DNA of 63,960 nt, the filler included, from Saprolegnia diclina VS20 (lineage: Eukaryota), in assembly GCF_000281045.1 (NCBI RefSeq). It is 4 parts of 2 records of this genome, joined end to end, with 100 filler letters (N's around TTAATTAATTAA, not from the genome) between each part and the next. Parts side by side here need not be neighbours in the genome. Positions count along the whole stretch, not along the records: positions 32,795 to 62,769 come from NW_008246097.1; positions 62,870 to 63,960 come from NW_008246098.1; 2 more parts are not named here. One strand, 5' to 3'. Every line of letters starts with the position of its first letter. Within the stretch, counting starts at the first letter, position 1. Under the pieces are notes generated by a model. It saw only the letters and a list, made by a program, of their open reading frames with translations. It was not told the DNA's origin and did not search any database. Shown here piece after piece: positions 56,387 to 63,960 of the stretch. A program made the translations under genes and the position numbers.

Positions 56387-57856
56387 ATGCGCGTGTCCGT
56401 CACAGTCAAACGGTCGAACGGAGAAAAGTTCGTCGTCGAAGCCGAGCTCGATGGCACCGTCTTGGCTTTCAAGGAGGAGCTCGAGCAGACGACGCAGGTC
56501 ACGCCGGCCCTCCAGCGCCTCATCTACAAGGGCAAGGTCCTCAAGGACGAACTGACGCTGGCCAGCTACGAACTTGAGGCCAACCAGACCATCTACTTTG
56601 TCAAGGGCGCCGCGGCCAAGACCGCACCGGCCGCGCCTACTACGCCGGCGGCAGCACCTGCCCCTGCAGCGGCGACACCGACGCCCGCCCCGGCGGCCAA
56701 CCCGTTTGGCGCTTCGCCGTTCGGTGCCTCGCCGTTTGGCGCTAGTCCGTCTCCGTTCGGCGGCATGGGCGGTATGGGTGGTATGCCTGGCATGCAGCAG
56801 ATGCTCCAGAACCCCGAAATGATGCAGCAGATGATGGAGTCGCCGATGATGCAGAGCCTCATGAACAACCCCGAGGTCATGCGCAACATGATGCAAGCCA
56901 ACCCGGCCATGCGCCAGCTCCTCGAGCAGAACCCCGAGCTCAACCACGTCATGAACGACCCAGAGATGCTTCGCCGGAGCATGGAGGCCATGCGCAACCC
57001 CGCGGCCATGCGCGAGATGATGCGCAGCCAAGACACGGCGCTCCGGAACATCGAGTCGCATCCCGAAGGCTTCAACGCACTTCGCCGCATGTACACGGAA
57101 GTTCAAGAGCCCCTCATGAACGCCGCCAGCAGCGGCGCGAGCATGCAGGGCTCGGCCTTCCCGATGCCCGGCGCTGTCGGTGGCACAACGCCGACGCCTC
57201 CTGCGGCCACGACCGCATCGACGACACCGGCCAACCCGTGGGGTACACCTTCGACGACGACGGTGCCGGCGACAGGCATGAGCCCGTTTGGTGCCAACCC
57301 GTGGGGCGCTAGCCCGTTCGGCGCGGGGGCGAATCCTCTCGGCACCGGCGGCTTTGACCCGGCCATGCTCAACGACCCGATGGTGCGCGGGATGATGGAG
57401 CAGCTGAGCAACAACCCGGAGATGATGCGCTCGATGATGGAGATGAACCCGCAGCTCCAGGCGCTCGACCCCGCGGTGCGCGAGCAGCTCCTCAACCCCG
57501 AGACGCTCCGCACGATGATGAACCCGGCCAACTTGCAGGCCATCATGCAGATGCAAGCGGCGATGCAGCAGCTCCAGGGCACTGGCATGCTCGGCAACCT
57601 CGGCGCGCCGCCGGCCGGCGCGGACGCTGCTGCCAATCCGTTTGGTGCGCCGAACCCGTTCCTCAACAACCCCTTTAGCGGCGGCTTTGGGGCCCCCGCC
57701 GCCCCGGCCGGCAACCCGGAAGAGCTCTACGCGTCTCAACTCACACAGCTCGTCGACATGGGCTTCACGAACCGCGACCAGAACCTCCGCGCGCTGCAAG
57801 CGACCTTTGGCAACGTCAACGCTGCCGTCGACCGGATCTTGAGCGGTCTGTCTTGA
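56387..57856 (+). CDS. DSK2: Ubiquilin/Dsk2 (UBL-STI1-UBA)
   Basis: UBL QRLIYKGKVLKD; Met-rich NPE(M) STI1 repeats; NIESHPEGFNALRRMY; UBA YASQLTQLVDMGF...GNVNAAVDRIL. Confidence 0.95.
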   Translation: MRVSVTVKRSNGEKFVVEAELDGTVLAFKEELEQTTQVTPALQRLIYKGKVLKDELTLASYELEANQTIYFVKGAAAKTAPAAPTTPAAAPAPAAATPTPAPAANPFGASPFGASPFGASPSPFGGMGGMGGMPGMQQMLQNPEMMQQMMESPMMQSLMNNPEVMRNMMQANPAMRQLLEQNPELNHVMNDPEMLRRSMEAMRNPAAMREMMRSQDTALRNIESHPEGFNALRRMYTEVQEPLMNAASSGASMQGSAFPMPGAVGGTTPTPPAATTASTTPANPWGTPSTTTVPATGMSPFGANPWGASPFGAGANPLGTGGFDPAMLNDPMVRGMMEQLSNNPEMMRSMMEMNPQLQALDPAVREQLLNPETLRTMMNPANLQAIMQMQAAMQQLQGTGMLGNLGAPPAGADAAANPFGAPNPFLNNPFSGGFGAPAAPAGNPEELYASQLTQLVDMGFTNRDQNLRALQATFGNVNAAVDRILSGLS

Positions 57857-58243
57857 AAATTTTTGGTGCTTCCCAGTTCCACATCTGGTTTCTTTTCTGG
57901 TTTCTGCGAATCGATGCGGTGGCGCTTTGGGGAGGAGTCTAGATCGAGTAGTGTAGCGTCCCAGTCGCGTCTTCGTTCCTGCTTGAGCGAGATGGGTACG
58001 CAGCCACGTCATCGACTCGGCATGTGTCTGTTGGCAGGTCGGTTTTTCGAATTCGGTTGTGCCACGTGTCCCATACAAAGAACAAGACGCTTTCATACAA
58101 TGCATTTTGGAGATTCTGATACAAATAGCAAGGTATTTTTATTCCGCCTTCCTATCGCGGGCCACGTAGCCAAATATATTGTGGTTTGTATGGTATACAA
58201 TTTCAAGGCCAAATCGATCCAAGATGCTAAATGGCGCATGCTC

Positions 58244-58338
58244 ATTGGCTGCACCGCAGCCAATCCAACGCGACGCGACGCAATCAGCACTGATACCATC
58301 AACCAGCAACACACGCAGAGTGGCTCATTCTCACATTC
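58244..58338 (+). promoter_or_regulatory. Oomycete core promoter: inverted CCAAT pair plus Inr-FPR element
   Basis: ATTGGCTGC-ACC-GCAGCCAAT at 58244-58264, and GCTCATTCTCACATTC at 58323-58338, which resembles the oomycete GCTCATTYYNCAWTTT consensus just upstream of ATG 58351. Similar TCAYTT elements precede ATGs at 40235, 56387, 60027 and 63477. Confidence 0.65.
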
Positions 58339-58350
58339 GCGACGACGTCC

Positions 58351-59244
58351 ATGGCGCCGCAGCTCATGACCGACGCGATGGACTCGTTCCTGCAGCAGCA
58401 GTTTGACGCTGCGCCACGCACGGTCCTGGACGCGCCGTCCGCCGCTTCGCCCATCGTCGTCCTCGAGATGGACGAGACGCAAGCCATCGCAGACGCACTG
58501 CGCTCGCGCAAGACGTACCGCGATGCCATCGAGATGGAGCGACGCGTCGAGTACTTTCGCGGCAAGGACATCCGCCGCTGCTTCCCGGATGCGTCGCCCG
58601 ACACGCTCGCGAGCTACGGCCACTCGCTGCTCTACCACGGCTTTATCCACCGCTCCGAGAAGGTGGCGACAGCCAAGAAGCTCAAGGGCACGCCAACGAC
58701 GCTCGCGATTGCAAAGGACCAGGCGTTCGCGACCGACGGCTTGTACACGTGGATGTACGAAGGCTCGGCGACACTCCGCAACGTGCTTACGGTCGCGCTG
58801 GTCTGCTTTGCAGGCCTCTGCACGCTCTACCCTCTCTGGCCGCTCTGGGCGCAGTCGGCGGTTTGGAACAGCGGAGTCACGCTGGCACTCGCGAGCACGG
58901 CCGTTGGGTGTGTGCGCGTGAGCGTCTGGCTTAGTATTTGGCTCGCAACGGGACGCCATGTGTGGCTTCTCCCCAGCTTTCCTCTGCTTACGTCGCCGCT
59001 TCTGGAAGAAGGCAAGGCGCCGCTCGGGTCGATGACAAAGCGACTGGTCGTGGCAACGGCACTCGTGGCGACCGCAGCCTACTTTGTCTACAATCCCATG
59101 TCGTTTGGGAAGCGCGGCGCGTTCGGCTTTGGGCGGCAGCTCGTGCGTGAGGCGTACAAGGGCACGGTGCTCAACCGCTTCTCGCAGCAAGAAAAGGACT
59201 TTGTCTACTCGATCTTCCGCGTCCTCCGCCGCTTGCTCGTGTAA
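58351..59244 (+). CDS. Divergent Sec62-like paralog
   Basis: RVEYFRGKD, HGFIHRSE, F.TDGLYTWMYEG, LYPLWP, WLLP, all co-linear with the adjacent Sec62. No acidic tail. Confidence 0.82.
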   Translation: MAPQLMTDAMDSFLQQQFDAAPRTVLDAPSAASPIVVLEMDETQAIADALRSRKTYRDAIEMERRVEYFRGKDIRRCFPDASPDTLASYGHSLLYHGFIHRSEKVATAKKLKGTPTTLAIAKDQAFATDGLYTWMYEGSATLRNVLTVALVCFAGLCTLYPLWPLWAQSAVWNSGVTLALASTAVGCVRVSVWLSIWLATGRHVWLLPSFPLLTSPLLEEGKAPLGSMTKRLVVATALVATAAYFVYNPMSFGKRGAFGFGRQLVREAYKGTVLNRFSQQEKDFVYSIFRVLRRLLV

Positions 59245-59669
59245 CTCTTTCGATGTATATTTAGCGTAACCCAGCATGTACACTATTCTTTCCGTAACTT
59301 TAGCGCTCCATGTGTCAATGAAACAAGGGACGGGAGATGTCCTGGCAAGCCCGGCGCGCTGCGACATGGACACCGATGGTCCGACGTGCGACGACGAATC
59401 TCGAGGATGCTCCTCCGAGCAAGCACCGCACGCCATGGACACACGTGCTGGCAACGGCCGAAGAAAGGTCGGACAGAAACAGGCAGACGCAACATCGAGC
59501 TCTGAACAGACCAACATACCGTGCGCCCGCTTGTCAAGCTCTGCTGCGAAGACCCACCGCGGGCGCGTATCCAGGCACCTGTCGAGCGGACGTGGGCTGG
59601 CGCTGCTATAGCATACGTCCTCGATACTTCCCGATTGATTGCGGAGCTCCATCAGCATGCCAATCGTTG

Positions 59670-59741
59670 CGGGCGGCGAGCCGCGGTGCCATCCATTTTC
59701 GCCGGGCGGCGAGCCGCGGTGCCATCCATTTTCGCCGGGCG
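59670..59741. repeat. Perfect 33-bp tandem duplication
   Basis: CGGGCGGCGAGCCGCGGTGCCATCCATTTTCGC occurs twice (59670-59702, 59703-59735), followed by a partial unit. Confidence 0.9.
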
Positions 59742-60026
59742 CGCTTGCTTGCAACGGGAGGCCGTTCGGTCCAATGCGTCGCCCAAGGCCCTTGGCTCGC
59801 GCCGCCGCTGCGTGCGCTCGGCATCACCGTCCGCCTCAAGGTCTGTGCTGTCGCCACGCGGTCGCGTCCCCAGGTGTCGAGTGTGTTCGCATCAACAGGG
59901 TCGACCGGATACTGTTGTCGTATCCGTACAGCGGAAACCACTTGGCGTTTGTATGTCGTAGCCACGTCACCGTTTTTTGTATGGAAATTGGAAAATTCAC
60001 TTCCCATTTTCATTCCAAGTAGAGCA

Positions 60027-61115
60027 ATGGGTTCGGACTGCTGTGGCGGCAACCACTCGCATGGCGCGGCTGCGCCCGTGGTCCCGGCGGCGCCCATGAC
60101 CAAGGAGGTACTGCTTCTTCCGTCGTCTACCTCGCCCGCGTTGCTCATGTCGATGGTTGCATGTACGTAGGAGGAAGCCGAGTTCAAGGCGGTCAAGAAG
60201 ATGGCCGACTTCCTCCGGGGCCGCAATGGCATGCCGGTCCGGCAAGCGATCGAGCTCGGAAAGCGTGTCGAGTTCTTCCGCGGTGACAAGCTCGGCAAGT
60301 TCCTCATCAACCACGACTCGGCGAGCAAGTACTGCGTGTCGCCCGTCGCCTCCAAGGACGACGCGCTCGAGATGGGTCGTCTCCTCGTGACGCATGGCTT
60401 CATCCACCGGTCGGAGCGCGATGCGAAGAACAAGAAGCTGCTCCAGCCGTCGCAGAGCCACGAGTTTACGGCCGACGGCTTTTACACGTGGATGTACGAT
60501 GGGCCCAAGACGTTTCGCAATTTTTTGACGGCCGCGCTCATCGTCGGCTTTACGGGCCTCGTGTGCTACCCCATCTGGCCGCAGTGGTCCAAGATCGGCG
60601 TCTGGTACCTCAGCGTCACGTTCCTCATTGTCATCATCGTGTTTTGTATCGTCCGGCTCTTTGCCTTCTTCATCCTGTGGCTCGCGGGCATCGAATTTTG
60701 GTTCTTGCCCAACATCTTTGACGACAACCTCGGCGTCATCGACTCGTTCAAGCCGCTCTACAGTCTCCGGAAGACGGACCCGTCGGAAACCAAGTACCGC
60801 GCGATGGCGCTCCTCGCGTTTATCGGGTTTTGCATTTGGGTCGCGCAGCAGCCGACCGACTTTGACGAGTACATGGCGCTCACCAAGCAGTTTACGGACG
60901 ACGTGTACAGCGGGAAGCTCCTCGACGACATGAGCCAGAAGGACAAGGAAGACATTGACAAGCTCAAGGTGCCGGACCTCGAAGAGCTCATGCGCGACGA
61001 TGCGTCCGACATGTTTGCCGACAAGGACGAAGACTCGATTTTCGACAGCTTTATGGAGCAAAAGTACTTTTCCGAAGACGCCGACGCCGACGACGACGTG
61101 CACGACGACTTGTAG
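60027..61115 (+). CDS. SEC62: Translocation protein Sec62; intron 60108-60170
   Basis: RVEFFRG, YTWMYDG, CYPIWP, IGVWYLSV, FWFLPNIFDDNLGVIDSFKPLYS; acidic tail ending HDDL. Confidence 0.93.
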
Positions 61116-61352
61116 GCCTTGAATTACCCTCGAATATATACCATAGTAGTTATCACGACGCGTTGCATCGCGCAAGAGCCGGCTCCGATCACCTTGTCGC
61201 CCTAGACGGTCGAGCCGTGGAGTCGATGGCTCGGTCGGTTTGCTTCAGCTCCATTTTCGAGCCGAGCCGGACCGTGGAGAGGCCGTCCACTGGACCACGA
61301 GACCGCAATCATCATCATCAGCTGCGCTAGTTGATCGCGACTAAATAAGAAG

Positions 61353-62769
61353 CTACGACGACACCGGAGGCTTGCGCGGCCGGCGACACCCGACCCAGCG
61401 GTACGCAAACGACGCGACAACCGAGAGCGTGCCAAGCCCGAGGACCAAGTCGAGCTGGTACCACCCGCTCGGCGGGTCGTTGTCGTACAGATGGTGCAGC
61501 CGCCCGAGCGTGCCGGCGTCGATCGCAAACCGCAGCACTTGGGCTTCGACGCGCCGAATCCGGTGGTCGTCGCCCATCGGTGTCACATCATAAGGGACAA
61601 AAGGCCACTTGAAGCCCCAGCAGAGCTTGCCGCCGAGCTGCCGGCCCTTGCACTCGACCAGGTAGTGCTCACTCGCATTGTACGTAGTCGTGTTGAAGCG
61701 CGCAATATCACGGAGGACCGGCACTTGACGCGGGTCGCCATTGAGCTTGGCCATGTTGCGGTGGAGGAACGTCATGCGACCGGACATGTCGAACTGGATG
61801 ATGCTGAGGCCGCAAAACTTGGTGAGCCACCAGCGGTACACGCCCGCGAACGCCGGCGGCTCGAGGATAAAGTGGTACGGCGTCGACGTGTTGAGCCAAG
61901 CGAACCGGAAGAGGTCCTTGTCGCCGTAGAGAAGCCGCTTGGAGTGGAGAAAGACGAGGCTCGCATTGCTCGACGAGGGCCCGGTTGTGTAAAACATGAG
62001 CTTGTGGAGGGCCCGGGCTGACGCGCGTCGGTCGATGAGGACTTGCCCGCTCTCTTGTTCGAACCCACCGATGAATGGCATGTCGAGGTACTGCCACAAC
62101 AAGCTCTGCGCGTGGACGTTGAAGATCGAGTACGACGGCTGCCAGAAGTCGGGCCAAAATATCGCCGTCGTCGTCGTCGCGTTGAGAGACTCAAAGAGGT
62201 ACGTCGGGTCGCGCAGCGGAATGTTGTCGCAGTCGAGGAGCAGCACCTGCTCGAAGGAGGCGTGGTAGACAGCATAGGGCTTGGTGCGGAAATGACTAAA
62301 CGCGCGATCGTCGATCGTGCGAAGCGCGACCGACCCGTCCACGAGCAGCGCCTGCAAGAGCAAATGCTTGGTCGGGTCCATCACATGGGGCTCGTAGAAG
62401 AGCTCGACGGGCAAGGTGCAGTTGTAGTCGGGAGACCGGAGCAGCTGGATGATGGCATAGACACCTGGAATCGCATCTTCGTAAATGGAGAAGACGATAC
62501 CCCGCTTCTGCTTGCCGAAGACGAGCGGCTCGGGATGGACGTAGCGCGCGCTTTGGATAGGGTACTCGGAGAAGGCTTTCGCGTCGTCGCATCTAAAGAC
62601 CGCGGGGTCGTCGATGCTGTCGCAGGCGATCTCCATGACGTTGGAGAGCACGCCACTGGTGCGGTTGCGCACCTCGCAGTAGCCAGCCATGCCCCGAACG
62701 ATCGATGCGTTGCACGGCAGGTCGAGCGACGGGACGCGCGCACCGTTGGGCGAGCACTGGCTCGTCGCG
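61353..62769 (-). CDS. GT71-like mannosyltransferase, 5'-truncated by the gap
   Basis: AGYCEVRNRTSG, LPVELFY, LLDCDNIP, FWPDFW, EQESGQV, YGDKDLFR, C-terminal TM. Confidence 0.9.
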
Positions 62770-62869
62770 NNNNNNNNNNNNNNNNNNNNNNNNNNNNNNN
62801 NNNNNNNNNNNNNTTAATTAATTAANNNNNNNNNNNNNNNNNNNNNNNNNNNNNNNNNNNNNNNNNNNN
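62770..62869. other. Artificial contig linker
   Basis: N + TTAATTAATTAA + N. Confidence 0.95.
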
Positions 62870-63476
62870 GGCCATGTAATGTCTAAATGCCTAAATCTAC
62901 ACGAAATCATGTTTTTTAAATGAACGGCTGCTGTTGGTTTGAAACCGTCACGTTGGAAAGTGCAACATACGTGGCACGCTGGCGTGATCGAAGCAACCCA
63001 AGCATCACAAAGTATAGGCAACGACCGCTCAAAACCCCGAATCATGGCCAAGTGGCGCGCGTCTCCAGTTTTACTGCAACGCCAACGGTCTTGGCCTCTG
63101 ACCAACAACTTGAGACCGGCGCGGTGGCGCGACACGACCGTGGGTTTTGCAGAGGCGCCATTGCAGTGGTGCGACGAATACGAAGCAGCTGAGGCGCATT
63201 TTGCTCGGATAGAATGCTTGGACTTGGCCGCCACACGAGTGAGCCCCTTGTCATTGTCGATTGAGTCACGGGATAGAGCATGCCGACGATAGCAAGGGTA
63301 CCTTTACTCGAAGTCGCGCTCTCTGCTCAAACACTGGAGGGAAAGTCGTCAACATGCTTCGTTTTCAATTCAGTCGGCTGTTCTACACGCGCGGTTCGTC
63401 TCGGTGGGAGAGATGGTGATGGCTCGCACTCCACTTGTCACTTTTCACTCGCTAGCCGACCCCGTACATCCCAACC

Positions 63477-63960
63477 ATGAAGACGACGACCATGATGATG
63501 TTCCTCGCTTCGAGCGCTGCGCTTTCGATGGCGGCGACGACGCCCGCACCGGCGCCGACGACGGGCGGTGTCACGCCTGCCACATCCGGCATTGCCCTGT
63601 GCAAAGTAGAGAATGTACAATCGGCTTGGACTGCTGTCAAGACGGACGCCAAGGCAAGTGGCAAGAAGTGCGCTGACGACGCTGGTGTCACTGAGATGGC
63701 GCTAGAACCATGGTCGGCGTGATGCCGGCGCAGTTCGATTTGATTGCCAAGTCGACCAGCTGCGCGACATACTATACGTTTGTGCTGAAGACATTGAAGT
63801 CGATCCAGCCGCTGTGCGCGCTCACGCTAGTGCCCAAGCGGACGACAACGGCCGATATGGCGGCGGTCACGATCCAAGAATACACCGCCTTTTTCAAGGA
63901 CTTGTCGTCGTCGGCCACTGGTAGCAATACAATGACGTCGGTGCCTGGCGTGGCCACGAC
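63477..63960 (+). CDS. Secreted elicitin-like (ELL) protein with a 1-nt frameshift near 63707; runs off the window
   Basis: Signal peptide and Thr/Pro linker, then C...KKCADDAG; the next frame gives PAQFDLIAKSTSCATYY...IQPLC and a Ser/Thr tail. Confidence 0.65.

Noticed and set aside
56207..58105. Long antisense or overlapping ORFs (also 20653-21972, 25027-26238, 58093-59754, 59997-61175, 45312-46511)
   Set aside because: Shadows of high-GC3 sense genes, with no motifs of their own.
62939..63292. 117-aa ORF at the start of the last contig
   Set aside because: No ATG start or family motif; cannot be supported.

Overview
This is GC-rich, gene-dense eukaryotic DNA with short (about 45-65 nt) GT-AG introns and oomycete-type Inr/FPR core promoters. 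The gene content (elicitin-like protein, membrane-anchored CHAP amidase, helicase-associated (HA) repeat proteins, 'R.EGC' ankyrins) points to a Saprolegniaceae oomycete such as Saprolegnia or Achlya; this is an inference. The window contains four contigs joined by artificial N-TTAATTAATTAA-N linkers (30065-30164, 32695-32794, 62770-62869) plus one 100-N gap, so neighbourhoods across linkers cannot be trusted. About 35 genes or gene fragments can be supported. Housekeeping genes include a DAACS transporter, two lipases, FAM32A-like, cofilin, TDP2-like, two SDRs, ubiquilin and Sec62 with a divergent paralog. Accessory families include HA-repeat genes, GT32/GT71 mannosyltransferases, Uma2-type nucleases, a four-gene PX cluster, a secreted beta-lactamase-family protein and an elicitin-like gene. 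The best candidates for something undescribed are: (1) a myristoylated SAM-TIR-ARM protein, split by an intron in the ORF track, that has SARM1's domain types in a different order and keeps the TIR catalytic Glu; (2) four tandem PX proteins sharing a 4-Cys insert, three ending in a PP2A-B56-type LxxIxE motif; (3) an HA-repeat protein with NLS and tandem SIMs plus dispersed relics; (4) a small secreted protein in which all 15 Asn lie in N-glycosylation sequons. I recognised no rRNA, tRNA or CRISPR array. All domain calls were made by eye, without database searches.
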